Of a DNA stretch of 64,000 bases, positions 1 through 13,559 are shown one piece after another. The notes under the pieces are model-generated. The model was given only the letters and a program-made list of their open reading frames with translations, did not search any database and had not been told where the DNA came from. The translations under genes were made by a program, and so were the position numbers. The stretch comes from Octopus vulgaris (lineage: Eukaryota): NCBI GenBank assembly GCA_951406725.2, contig OX597814.1:178436001-178500000 (forward strand), written 5' to 3'. Each line of letters starts with the position of its first letter. The first letter of the stretch is position 1.

Positions 1-78
1 ACGAAATCACACATATCCATGTACCAATTCACCCTTACGTAAATATACAGACAATAGATAAATATCATATATAGTTAT

Positions 79-394
79 TATCATTTATTTATGCGCCCTT
101 TTCAAGCCTAGCCAAGCTCATGGGCCCGGTTTCCCGGTTTCTGTGGCGTATGTGTTCTCCCTAGCTGGACGGGACGCCAGTCCATCGCAGCGTTACCCAA
201 GAAACAGAAAGAAAGAGTGAGAGAAAGTTGAGACGAAAGAGTATAACAGGGGTCGCTACCACCCCTGCTGGAGCCTCGTGGAGCTTTAGGTGCTTTCGCT
301 CAATAAACACATACAACACCTGGTCTGGCAATCGAAACCGCGATCCTCCAACCGAGAGTTCGCTACCCTAACCACTGGGCCATTGCGCATCCAC
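79..394 (-). mobile_element. tRNA-derived SINE with V-domain-like core, full length with TSD
   Basis: Minus strand starts GTGGATGCGCAATGGCCCAGTGGTTAGG (A-box-like) and has GGTTTCGATTGCC (B-box-like). It contains CTGCGATGGACTGGCGTCCCGTCCAG, resembling the V-SINE core as I recall it. Exact 14-bp TSD TCATATATAGTTAT at 65-78 and 395-408. Confidence 0.85.
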
Positions 395-519
395 TCATAT
401 ATAGTTATATAGACATAAACAGAGAGAGAGAGGCTGAAACACATAAAAGAATGTGATGTTACATACTAACACACACACACACACGCACATATTACGCTTA
501 CACCCATACGTATGTATGT

Positions 520-1000
520 ACGTCTAAATGACCTACATGCTGTCATGTTCAACAACGTCCAGTCTAAATCAGATGTTAGCAACCTTCATTGCAAACGTAG
601 CGTTCTATAACTATAGGCAATTCACAGTCAACTTGACGCGCTAAACCTGTATTGATTCTATCAACAGAGACCCTGCGATACTTCTTTAATGGAGCCATGC
701 CAATCTTACATCTTTCTACTCAATAAAGTTGTTAAGAAAGTCATATGTACTATTCATATCAAGAAAACATCATCACATCAGACTTCCCTAAATGTGAGCA
801 GTCTGCAACTAGACCTTTCACATTTGTTCTCAACATCAGCCTTAATTGTCGCTGAGAATACGGAAACACAAACTTAATATAACGTGGCCTACACTCCAGG
901 GACTGGATGTTCCCTTTAGGTTCAAAATATAAAGCACGCTACACCAATAAGTAAAACTCTCAGAATCTCATTTCAGACAAATAATTGAACATTACTCCCA
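520..1000 (+). pseudogene. Decayed LINE reverse transcriptase C-terminal fragment (CR1/Jockey group-like)
   Basis: Translation DSINRDPAILL*WSHANLTSFYSIK resembles the L..DL..I..W...N...FN..K motif downstream of YADD; stops present. Confidence 0.4.
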
Positions 1001-1187
1001 GAGTATGATGCTATTTGCACAGATTTACTAAACCGTATACCCCCACCCCAAAAAAGCTACCTTATCAACTCACATAAAATCTCTTGTAGATAGGCGCCAC
1101 CCTCTGGCTCATATGCATGCTGTGTTCTCTCTCTCTCTCTCTTTCTCTCTCCGAGCCCACCAAACTGTTATTATTATGAAGTTTCAT

Positions 1188-1407
1188 AAGGTGGCGAGCT
1201 GACAGAATCTTTAGCATGCTGGACGAAATGCTTAGCGATATTTCGCCGCTCACTACGTTCTGAATTCAAATTACGCCGAAGTCGACTTTGCCTTTCATCT
1301 TTTCAGGGTCGATAAATTAAGTAACAGTAAAACACTGGGGTCGATGTAATCGACTTGTCCCCTCCCACAAAATTTTAGGCCTTGTATCTTTAGTAGAAAG
1401 GATTATT
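1188..1407 (+). mobile_element. Meta/MESC-like tRNA SINE (family M)
   Basis: Head AAGGTGGCGAGCTG(G/A)CAGAA, core GCCTTTCATC.TTTC.GGGTCGATAAATTAAGTA, tail AGAAAGGATTATT. Flanking near-repeat TTATT(A/G)TGAAGTTT. About 20 copies in the window. Confidence 0.85.
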
Positions 1408-2109
1408 GTGAAGTTTGTTTCCCGGAAACGTTCGGCCTTTTGTTCTATCTCCAACGTTCCCGGCTAACTTATCTCTAACCTTTTATTTTGCATTTTATGT
1501 CGTCCTTATCATAGCCGCTCTATCCAGTCCTTTCTCATTAAAATATTTGTTCTTTTGAAACATCCAATCTGTGCGTGTTTTTCCTGCAACTAACAATTTA
1601 AAGCGGAATATGAGTCAATCAGTCCTCACATAAATATGGATCTAAGTATGCATCAGTATGTATGCATATATATGTGCGCGTATGTGGGTTCGTGTGTGTG
1701 TGTGTGTTTGCGGTGGTATGCATTTGTATACGCATAAGGAAGAGGACAGTATGAGAAAAATATGTCAGCGGTGGTCCTTTTGCTATTTAATGATCAAACT
1801 TACCCGCACCATTATGTTATTGAATCCAAAGTTTGGGCGAGTAAAATTTTAACGTTCTCTGCATTGGCCACTGGGAAAATAAACTTTTATTAACGTAATG
1901 ACATAATTATCTCAAGTTGTTTAACTTGCAAAGTTTCTTACCATCAAATGAATAAAATCACTTATTCATTGAGTGATTTAATTTTTCATGAAATTATATT
2001 TTCTATCAATCGCTTCTTGCGATAATAAATAGTGATATGCGATAATGAATTTTCTTCTCATCAATGCTGATCTCATTGTAAGAGATTAAAGACTGCTTCT
2101 TTTCACTTT

Positions 2110-2880
2110 GCGCATGCGCATTGTTTTTGATTCTGTCTACTACAAAGTATAATAGGAGCAGAGGAAAATGTCTGTGAGAAAAACAGCACCATGACGCGAT
2201 TCTCTCTGCCAGATATTTGGAAACAACATGCTGTACTGCTTGGCATTAACGCTGGAAGCTCCAATACGTACATTTCAGAATATTTGGATGTCAACCCGAG
2301 AACAATGCAATCTGAGGACATGAGAGTGATAAAAATCAAACATTCAGTCAACATCATTGTGTTTGAAGTGAACACCACTGATGGCAACGTTATATCTCCA
2401 TTCACGGCCTCAGACTCAACACGGAGACTCACATTAACTGCCTGGAGGAGGTAGTGCTGCCCTGAGTCAAGAGGATGACTGCTGGAAACCCTATGTCAGG
2501 CAACCAAACTCTTCACCCTGCGAAACAAACAGGAAAACCCAGTTATGGCTGTCAGAGAATTTCTGCGACCACATCACCCCTAATATCTGGCTACATAACT
2601 GCGTAGACTGCAACCTCCTTGATTATTAGGTGTCGGGCGCTGTTGAGCGAGAGGCCAACAAAATTCCATATAACACCGAAGATGAACTGAAGGAAAAAAT
2701 TATGGCAGCATGCACCAACTTAAACAAGGATACCGCCCAGAAAGGTTGCAAGAGATTCCGAAGCCGTCTGGAGATTGTGGTTGAAGCCAATGGCGATTTT
2801 ATTGAATAAATTTACTGTTTAGTATGTCAAGCTATTTTAATGTAATTTGGGTAAATATATCTGTTAAAATGAGATGTTAA
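2110..2880 (+). mobile_element. Internally deleted Tc1/mariner-superfamily transposon remnant
   Basis: N-terminus MTRFSLPDIWKQHAVLLG. C-terminus W...DCNLLDY..GAVEREANKIPYNTEDELKEKIMAACTNLNKDTAQKGCKRFRSRLEIVVEANGDFIE* (degenerate WPPxSPDxNPLD motif). Confidence 0.8.
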
Positions 2881-3019
2881 TATTGTTTTCCTCTTTTGTA
2901 TGACAAGAGTAAATAGACACATTCATAATCATTAAAATTTATTTAAAACTGAAATTATACATTCAAATTATTTATTAACTGCTATAATGTGAATATTAAC
3001 TATTCAGTAGACATACTCT

Positions 3020-3700
3020 TTGCGTTTTTCAATGCAAGGACCCTATTAATCATGTTATTGATTAGATCAAAAAATTTCTTGCTAAGTTTCGCGCAGTAAT
3101 CTCAGAAAATCTGGCTTTGAAGATACTTTCTTGTTCTTTTGATGAAGTGACCTGTCCATTATATCCTACAGGTGTACAATAGAGTTCATATCTGGTGATT
3201 GGCTTGCCCATGGAAAAATTTTTAAGCCATCCTCAACCAACAAGTCTTGGGTCATTTTAACCCCGTGACAAGGAGCCTGATCTTCCATAAATAAAGAGTC
3301 GTCTTTAATCATTTCTCCAATGGAGAAGATTGAAAAGAGTTCTTCCTGCAATATGAACACATATTTATCTGAGTTTACGTTTCCCTCACACTCCACCTAC
3401 TCTGATCAACCATTGCTCCAAATTGATCCCCAGACCATCACAGAATAGCAGGCGTGTTTCATTGTCGTCTGCAATCTTTTCATATCGAATTCTTGATCAC
3501 TGAGTCTCCAGACAACACGCGACCACTGACAAGAAACAGCAAAACTGGACTCAACAGAGAACATGACTGTGACCCAAAATGCTAGTGGCCTCTTTACCAT
3601 CTCACTGGTGCAATCTCTTCCCCGCTTAATGTTGGCTGGTCGAAGAAGTGACTTCTTGCTGCTCTGTCATAGTATCCAGTACGTAAACGCTTAAAAGAGT
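3020..3700 (-). mobile_element. Tc1-type transposase pseudogene
   Basis: Fragments VMFSVESSF, VMVWGSIWSNG, FMEDQAPCH and WASQSPDMNSIVHL appear in catalytic-domain order, broken by stops and frameshifts. Confidence 0.85.
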
Positions 3701-3782
3701 CAATTCTGTGATATATTTTCCCTGGTAGTTGCAAAGGCAGCATAATCACTTAATATTATTCGCATAAGATGATTTATATCTC

Positions 3783-3906
<124 letters not shown>

Positions 3907-4259
3907 TATATCCTTCTATCTTTTACTTGTCTTAGTCATTTGATTGCAGCCATACTGGAGGGTTTTAGTCGATGAAACCAACCTCAAGATTATTTTTAAT
4001 GCCTAGTACTTATTCTATATCTAGTTTATTGTGAATGAGGGAAACGGAAATTGGAGTTCACGAGAATTTTTATTCATCACAACGATCTTTCGATTGATCT
4101 TGCGACGTTTTATTGCGGGTGGGATACTATACAACTGGTGTGTTGCACCCCAGTGCAGATGCATCTTGTCAAGTGCGTTGTTTTAATATACTCGGTTTCA
4201 CTTGGTTCGTTTATACGGCATACTGTTGTTGTCAGTATGTTGCTGTCTATCATAGTCAG

Positions 4260-4590
4260 CCTCTTACTGACAATTTGGAACCTCACCATGCTATAAAGTT
4301 CTATGTTAAACTGAGTAAAAATGCTACAAAAATTTATGAAATGCTCCAACCTGCACGCGGATGCCGAGTATTTATCCTTCACTGACACAAGAGGCCAGGC
4401 AAAGCAAGTGCACCGGGGATCTCTTGGTGATCCCCTCTTTCGACTGCAAGGGCATCATCTACATTGGGTTCTCTCTGGCCAGACGGTTAACAGAGACTAC
4501 TTTGTTGGGGTTTTGAGATAATTCAGGAGAGGATTTCATCGCGAAAGGCCAGAGGACCAGCCTTTTATCTGAGAATAAATGCATCATCTC
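4260..4590 (+). mobile_element. mariner transposase remnant, internally deleted
   Basis: HAIKFYVKLSKNATKIYEMLQ (mariner N-terminal HTH) joined to FDCKGII...GQTVNRDYFVGVLR. Confidence 0.75.
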
Positions 4591-5326
4591 CATAAAGCAA
4601 CCAATCAAAATATTAGCCTTAATCATATGGGGCATTATTGCATACGTGTTATGCGAGCTGTTCTCGAAGAAATCAGTGATTTGTGCTGTTTTTCAATAAG
4701 AATGGTACAGTTCTGAACATGAAGTTACTAACCCTCATGACCTTTTAAAAGAAATAAGTTAGAATGATTTTGTTCGATATCTTTTAATGAATTGAATAAG
4801 GTACGTTACCTTAAATATAAACTTTAGATGGCTTTTCGAAGAGGACGGTGACTGAATAACATTAAGACTGATAAGCTTCTAAAATATATCAATTTTTTCT
4901 TTAGAAATTTGCCTTTCTAGCTTTGAGAGAGATGACCGGTTGAGTAATGCAGAAGAAATGAATATTTTTCAATGAATTTTATAACGTACCTCAGGTTGAA
5001 TGGTGACTTTACACGTCTTCTTTGTGAAATAAAAGTAATGTTGCTCTAAGCACTTAGCAGACGATAACTTCTTTACGTCTACTCATAAATGTAAAAGAAG
5101 AAAAGACAAAGAATACTTCGGTACTTTCAGTTTAAAGACATTTGTCAAATATCTATGTGTGTATTTGAGAGAGAAGGAGAGGGAGAGACAGACAGAAAGA
5201 GTGGGTGAGACAGAGGGAGAAACAGAGGAAACCAAAATGAAAGAGTAGTATGCAAAATAAAGTGATAAAAAGTGAGAAAGATGGAGTGGGTGATAGTGAC
5301 TCACAAACAAGAACATAGATAGGTAT

Positions 5327-5364
<38 letters not shown>

Positions 5365-5779
5365 GTACAGAGGGGGTAATATAAAGACTTTGACTTAATC
5401 GTAAATAAGTATGTGTGGTGGGTATTATACTTTTAATTGCTTATATATCATAAATACATGTGTACATATTATAGATTATCTCTGTGTTTTAAAGTAATCA
5501 TACTCTAGTATGATCATGCTCTATGTCCTAAAATGTTAGAACATGATCTATATTCTAAAATATTAAAGCTACTCATATTCCGCTTTTCTTTCCCTCTTTA
5601 TTCTATGTGTCCTTCTATTTTAAAAGATGGCAGCGTGAGGCAGTAAAGAACATTTGATTGGTATTTCTAGCAGGTCCAGCAACTACGTAGACATTTTCAT
5701 TAGACATGATATTCCTGATCTGTAGAACATATCCATTTGAAAGAATGCCAAGTGTGGATAGTAACTGTATATTTTGGAG

Positions 5780-6110
5780 GATGAACCCATAGGTAAACTG
5801 CAAGATAAACAATATAGTGTATAGAAAGCGGTGTACTGAGGAACAGTGCAGAAATATAGCATCGGCATACAATGGGGAGACACCACGAAGTATAGGGGAG
5901 CGGACAGATAAACACTGGCGGGAGCTAAAGGAGGAGAAAAGCTTGTCAGTGCTCTACCAACATGCTCAATTAGAACATGGAGCCTCGGTTAATAATATAT
6001 ATGTTAAGATGTTATCAACACAGAACAGATGTGATGCATAGACAGAATACGGAAGCCTCACACACAACAATAGAACGAGCCTCAACAGAAAACATGAAAG
6101 AAATAACAAT
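5780..6110 (+). mobile_element. Penelope-like element GIY-YIG endonuclease remnant
   Basis: VNCKINNIVYRKRCTEEQCRNIASAYNGETPRSIGERTDKHW...SVLYQHAQLEH fits the C...VY...C..C...Y.GET.R....R..H pattern of PLE endonucleases. Confidence 0.7.
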
Positions 6111-6725
6111 ACCCCTCCATTCCACTACACTACTCAACCTGACGAGTGAAAACAGAACGAGAGAAGAAAACGAAGACAAAGATACAAACAATATAATACA
6201 TAACCCTTACAAGACACACATGCACTTACTAAAGACGGAATGAGAAAAAGGAAAATAAAAAACAAATAAATAAGGACTCAAACAAATGAATAAAACATCT
6301 AACTAAAAGACACAGGTACACTGTAGTAAGCAAACACATATACACGCACACAAAACACGCATACTAAACACAGGGACACGTATATACACACGCGCACATG
6401 CGGAGATGAGGATACATACCACAAAAAGACAAAATGGACTAAACAGAGCAGAAGGAAACACGTGGAATAAAGAATGGGTAAGGAGCTTTGACAAACAAAC
6501 AAAAATAACAATAATAAAGCTGAATTAATGATCAAACATACAGTGCCTTGCTTAATTGGCAAGATATGACCCTCTCAAATATAGTAATATCTGTTTCAAC
6601 GTACCATTTCATATCAAGAATCTTATAAAGCAATTACATAAACGTATGTGTGTGCGTGCGTGTGTATTAGGGTTAGTTGGTGTCATCTGGGCGACAAACT
6701 ATGAAACAGTTTTCAATGCTACATA

Positions 6726-6943
6726 CGAGCGAAGCTGGAAACTTCCTAGCTTTGGGTAAAAGAAAATACAGAGGGATTGGTTAATTGAGATTTTATTCAA
6801 CACATTCCACTCTCAGATTCACGCACTTATTGCAGCACTCATTCAGTTTTTGTGACCCACTTAAAATATCTCGAAAGCCTTAGGCCTCCGGCCAGGTCTT
6901 TCGTGATACCCTTGAAGCCAGGAACATTTCAGCACCCTCCTCG
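6726..6943. mobile_element. Non-autonomous mariner-type MITE
   Basis: Imperfect terminal inverted repeats: TA-CGAGCGAAGCTGGAAACTTCCTAGCTTT on the left, GAAGCCAGGAACATTTCAGCACCCTCCTCG on the right. No ORF. Confidence 0.6.
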
Positions 6944-8084
6944 AAAATTTCCGTATTTTATTTGTAGGCCCCATGTCATCTTTCACCTCATGATTATATT
7001 ACTCTTATGTACTGTTTTCTGTAAACTTGAACTTCCTTATAAACAATATATTCTTTCAGAAGGAGAATGAATAAAATGATCGTGTGGACTTCTAACATTT
7101 GTACATGCAGCATACAGTTGCCTATCAGAGAAATAATGTTCTTCAAGTTTTATCTCAACGACAAATAAAAGTTTGTTCCTGGTATATATTTAATGACATA
7201 ACAAAAGCTGAGTTTTCGTTCTTTATCTTTTACATAATATAAGTGCCGGTCGGAATTATCAGAGTGGACATATTAAGGTCGATTAAATATTTGAAGACGA
7301 TGCCCAAGTATGATCACAGTCGCGTACATATATGTATATACGTTTGCTCTTGTGTGTTCATATACATGTTTGCTTCAAATTTTGGCACAATGCCAGCAAT
7401 TTTTCGAGAAATGAAAATCGATCACATCGACACTAGTGTTCAAATATTATTTTATTTTATCGACCCCAAATAATTTAAGGTAAAGTCGACCTTGATGTAA
7501 TGTTTACGTATACATATTAATCATATTATTATTCCGCTTGTTTCTACGACTGGTTGTTTTGTCCATGTGCTAAGCTTTATGCTAAGTGAGGCAATAACTC
7601 GAACGGAGAAATATATAAAGAAGAGGAGAGAGAGTGAAAGAAAGAAATAAAGGGAGGAAGAAAGAAAGGAAGAAAGGAAGGAAGAAAGAAAGGAAGAAAG
7701 AGAGATTGAATTGTGATTCAAATCGCATGGACAGTTGAAATATTTAACATAATGAAACAATGACACGATCTATAAATATATGAACTAGAAAATATACCAA
7801 TAGATAGTTAAATCAAGGAGAAATAACCTTAGTGATCAAATAATTGAGGATCTTACACTTTTATATATTGCGTTTTCCAGACTGGAGACTGTGGCCATGC
7901 TGGGGCATCACTATTATTCTACTTTTGTTTTTGCCTTTAGGCTTAACTGCTTATCGGTATTATGAAAGTAGATACATCGCTGAAGGGAAAGTAGGTATGA
8001 TATTTAATTAGATAGATGGATAGATAGAGACATAGGTGAGGTGAGTCTATGGATATATCAATAGATATGCAAAAGGATTCACTG

Positions 8085-8414
<330 letters not shown>

Positions 8415-11400
8415 GGTAGCTAAACTGAAAGGAAATGAAAATATCAATCGCTAAATAAGTTGGACTTGTCCTTGGTCGAGTTTGGATCGTGAAAAGTGTA
8501 GTTTTGTTTATAAATATCAATAACTTTTATCATTTTAATTCATCTTTTATTTCCTTAAACTCTAAAGCACATCATATGTGTCAAACATATTAAAAGGTTT
8601 ATAAACTATACCTTCTATGTTCATTTCGATTACATTTAAAAATACAGTTTTAATAAATGACAAGATTTCAAAAACTATTTTCTTTATTTTCGAGGTTCTT
8701 TACTTGTGTTTAGTATATTAACATAACGTTTCCAAATATACTTACTCTGTAAAGTATCTATGGGTCCCGCGATTTATTATTAACTGGCTACCAAACGTTT
8801 TGATTTGAATTCAGTTCAGTTTATTTATGTAATTCTATGTACATCTCGTCTTCGTTTTATTTGTCCCTCATAATCATCCCGACATTTGTATAGCGTTCAC
8901 AGCAACAACATTATTTTTTCTTTTGCAATTAACCTCCTGAGAGCATCCACCACATCGTAAGGATTCCAGCATAGTTTAACTACCTGTCCGCCGTTCATTC
9001 TACCAGTCACTCGAAACACGTCAACATGTTGAACAAAATATACCAGACTTTGTGAAATATATTCATACATATTTATTTACAACTGACTTAAAGACACGTA
9101 TATTGTTTAGATTAGGAAAATCTTGATCTTTTATATCGAACACCTTACATATACATAATCTTTGCATTTTTGCATTAGACCTATGATGAGCAAATTTGAT
9201 ATATTCTATTCTTTTAAGCATGTCAGGCATTTTTAATAATTGTTAATTCTTCTCCAAATATCGGAAACGGAAGCAATTAGAAACGAATTATATATCATAT
9301 ACTTTTCCTTGTCTATACCAACAGCATTCGAATCATTAAATGTGCATTTATCGCACCTCTTAAAACGAAACTATTTATACGTTCCGTTCTTTGAGTAAAA
9401 ATATCAATACGAACCAGATAGGAATATTTAAAAGAGATATGCTGTTATCTAATCCATTGAAAACACACAACACTTCCAATCAGACTTAATATAAGTAGTG
9501 CAAAGGATAAAAAACTTGGGAATACATTTAAAAATACTAGGTTCTTAAGAATACCACAAACATTGCAGATCTTGCATAACAGTGAAAGACCATTTTGTGG
9601 TCATCCCGAGATTTAGACTTATTTACAAAACGAGAAGTGAATTAGAGATTTTTAACAAACACGTCTTATTGTCAAAGATACTGCAGTAAGGCTGGCGTTG
9701 TTCTCCGTCGGCAAGACTTAAATTATATAGTGAAATCGATAGAAAGAGTACAATGGACTTGCCTGAACTTTCCATATTTCACAGCAAGTTCACTGTACTT
9801 TTTATCGATTTAACACAACTGTTATAAAAGAAAAAACAGATACACACTTTTGTAGCAATTCCAGTATAAAGTGATTTAACAATATCGCAGATAAATTCAA
9901 ATACAGATTCTTCATGTTCCATTTGGCAGTATGCTACCCAGCTATTTCTAAGTGTGAGCTGAAATCTCTAGAATTTATATAAACTTACACAATCTAACCA
10001 GTACAATAATGAATAGAAGCGTGGTTAATTAATGGCGATACATTTTTGATGACGTTAAGATTTTAGCGTTCCCACCATTCCTGTTACTAACTAGAAATTT
10101 CAGGTTTGGTCTGATTATATATACCTCACAATGACACGCAAAACTATACCTAAGACTGTACAATGTTGAAGAAACGATAAATAACATAAAATGTCCCCAA
10201 CATGAAAGATTATGTAATATGCAAACATAAAATTTGTAAAATATTTCTTTGAATTTTTATCTAAGAAAATAATTAATTTTCTAAATGTTCTATTAAGCTT
10301 AAACAATCACAAACATTCAAATCCATGAAAGTGAATAAATAGAAGACGTAACCACTTTACTAACATCATACAGGACATTACAGTTTACACTGGTCGATGT
10401 GTATCAAGACTATCATCAAACACAAAAATATTTGAGAATGATGCTTACACAACTCTAGAGTGGTTCCTTGTGGCGGAATTAACACCATGCCGAAGCATGT
10501 TGAGCGAAGCAGCTCAACTCCTATCAAATATGAAAATAAAAGAAATATGTTTCAGTCAATCTTAGTTTAAATATAGCCACAAATGTGGTTAGGCTCTTCT
10601 TTACATTCATTAGTACGCATTTCTCTGATTCACACATACATCATAAGATATTTTTAAAATTCTGTTAAAGCCAGCTTTAACATTCTTTATGGCGTCTGAC
10701 GGATTTAGTACTACCAAACATTGCGAATGCAGTTTTAAGATTTGTTAAATCTCTTAAGATATTTAATCCTTAAGCTTCATCGTGGCTGCTAAGTGTGAGA
10801 AGCCTTCGTGAGTTATTCCGAATGACACAAAAAATTAATTTTCTTGCATTAAACAGAAAATAAAACAATAAAATGCGTCTAATCCACAAGATATTTATAT
10901 GTCATATTATGAAACTTCAAAAATAATTGCTTGAATACAAAATAATAATTGTTTCAAATTTTGACACAAGACGAGCAGTTTTAGGGAGGCGATTGTTACT
11001 AGATTACATCGACCCCAAGTTTTTGACTAGCGCTATACTTTGTCAAATCCAAATGGACAAAAGACAGAACTTCAACTTAAAATGTAAAGAGCTGGAAGAA
11101 ATGTTTCGAAGTATTGCACCCGACGTGCTAACGAGTCTGTTAGCTCCCTGCTTCATTAGTTGTAACTTTGGTACAAGGCCAGCAATTTTGATGGGAAGGG
11201 ACAAGTCAACTACATCGGCTTGACTCTTATTTCCTTTATTTACCTGCGAAAGAATTTAAGGTAACGTTGATCTCGGTGGAATTTGAAATCAGAACGTAAA
11301 GAATCAAAACAACTCGAAAGACTTTCTCTGTGTAACAACAAAAATAACGGTAAATGATGATCTTTGTCTTAGAATTTAATGTGGATGTGAAAGATGGATA

Positions 11401-12338
11401 TTTCTAAACCCATCTTTTTACCTTTTATCTTTTACTTGTTTCAGTCATTAGACTGCGACAATGCTTCGACCATGCCTCATGTCAAATGCTTAATATTTTC
11501 TGAAATGACTAAAGCATTCGTATTATGCTTCGAAGCTCTTTGGTTGTCACATATACAAAGTGCTTTCTTTCCTAAAAATAATTTAACTCAAACCATGAAA
11601 CAAATAATGAGAAAACGTAAAATAAGAATAAACCAAGAAAGTACAATTTTTATTCTTAAGTAAAACTTCAAGTAACCCATTTTTTTAAAAATACAGATGA
11701 AATATGAACAACATTGTATATATTAACACTAATATTAGTCTCTTCGCCGGGACAGAAATAGAAAGAATGTGAATTTGAACGATTGTTTTCCATGGCTAGT
11801 CTTTTTCTTAACTTTAACTTTAACTAATTCCATTTAACTGTTAGCATCCGAAACTATTTCGGAAAGTTAGCGGCCGCATTGGACTGCACTGCTTTCATTG
11901 ATAATTAGTGTTTTCATTGATAATTAGTGTTTAAGGTGGCAAAATTTCCACAAGAATGACTATGCTACAATCTCCTATCACCGGGTGAATTCGATTTTTG
12001 ATCTAGTATTTCTTCTTGGGATGAAGAGAGAGGGGAAAACAAGCAAACGAAGAGCTGAAGTTAGGCAAAGAGAGAAATTCAGAAACAAAGAAAGTGAGAT
12101 TTACAGAATAGAGGTACAAGTGTGTGTGTGTATGTGTGTGCGCGCACGTATATATATATATATACATACATATATATATGTATGTATGTATTTGTATGTG
12201 TGTGTATGTTTGGCGAGAGTGAGAGATGGAGATAAAGAATTAAGTAAACTTCAGCGATCAAACTGTATATTTTACGCAAACAAACCTTCAATGGATTGTT
12301 TGCAAATAGGAAAAGGTCTTTGAGTGTACATTCTTTTT

Positions 12339-12566
12339 TCTTTTATTTGCTTCAGTCATTTGACTGCGGCCATGCCGGAGCACCGCCTTTAGTCCAACAA
12401 ATCGAACCCAGGATTTATTCTTTGTAAGCCTAGTACTTATTATATCGGTCTCTTTTGCCGAACCGCTAAGATACGGGGACGTAAACACACTAACATCGGT
12501 TGTCAAGCGATGGTGGGGGGACAAATACACACATACATGCACACACACACACACACATATGTGTAT

Positions 12567-12626
<60 letters not shown>

Positions 12627-12878
12627 AAACAAGAGGACGTGGAACAAATATAGTATTATTGGACGCCCAGGAAAGAAGGGAATATATATATATACATATA
12701 TATATATATACGATGGGATTTTTTCGGTTTCCGACTACCAAATGCACTCACAAATCTTTGGTCGGCCCGAGGCTAGAGTAGAAGATAGTTACCCAAGGCG
12801 CCACGCAGTAGGACTGAACCCGGAGCCATTTGGTTGGTGATTAAGCTATATACTACCCCTACAAACCACCCCTGCGTC
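12339..12878 (-). mobile_element. CORE/OR-like tRNA SINE (family C), with a nested fragment of the hammerhead unit in its internal (TA)n
   Basis: Reverse complement matches 57261-57698. Segment 12625-12682 matches the 3' part of the 8085-8266 unit. Confidence 0.85.
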
Positions 12879-13559
12879 TACAGCCACAAATATATAAAAA
12901 ACATTTTAAGATAACCATACTCATATACACACGCACCACTACTACCCCACGGAGCCGTATGAAAGTAAAGTAGAAGTACTGAAATATTGACAAAGGTGTG
13001 GGACAGAAATAAACTCCAACGTGGAGATAAAAAAAAAATCCTGAAGATTAAGGAGTATTTACGGCGACGGAATTTCCTCATGTTCTTTGAGCTAGCCTCA
13101 TGACATCAAATAAACATTTTACACTAATTGTACAAACAGATAAATACAGATATTGCAATCCTGTTTTCAACAGTTCCGTCTTTGATTACAGAAACGGACA
13201 TCCGTGCTCTCACTTCATATTCAATCCCTTTGCTTATCATTTATGGATGTCATGACAGATTCATTATCTCTCGCGCTTTATTTTTCACTTCCAATGCTAA
13301 TTATTATTTGACTATATTTGCTTCAGTTTTACAGGTTTAAACTATATGGATAATTTTCTTTCCACTTACACTTATTTTAAAGAAATGTCTGATAGCTCAG
13401 TTTGGTGATGTTTGGGGAGGAAGAATCCAGAAAATTCTCTTGAGACAAGTTATGAATAATCGTAATCTTCTGACAAACGAATCTATTAATACGAAAGTGA
13501 ACATAAGACAGGCTGGATCACGGCACTTTTTAATTATTAATGGGTTTTACATGACGATC

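Noticed and set aside
6139-6170. CTGACGAG downstream of the GIY-YIG remnant as a possible hammerhead
   Set aside because: The position is suggestive, but there is no convincing stem II or GAAA-stem III.
11894-11931. Short tandem duplications (19 bp here, 11 bp at 18049-18070, ~52 bp at 61505-61607)
   Set aside because: Two-copy local duplications with no further structure; ordinary slippage products.
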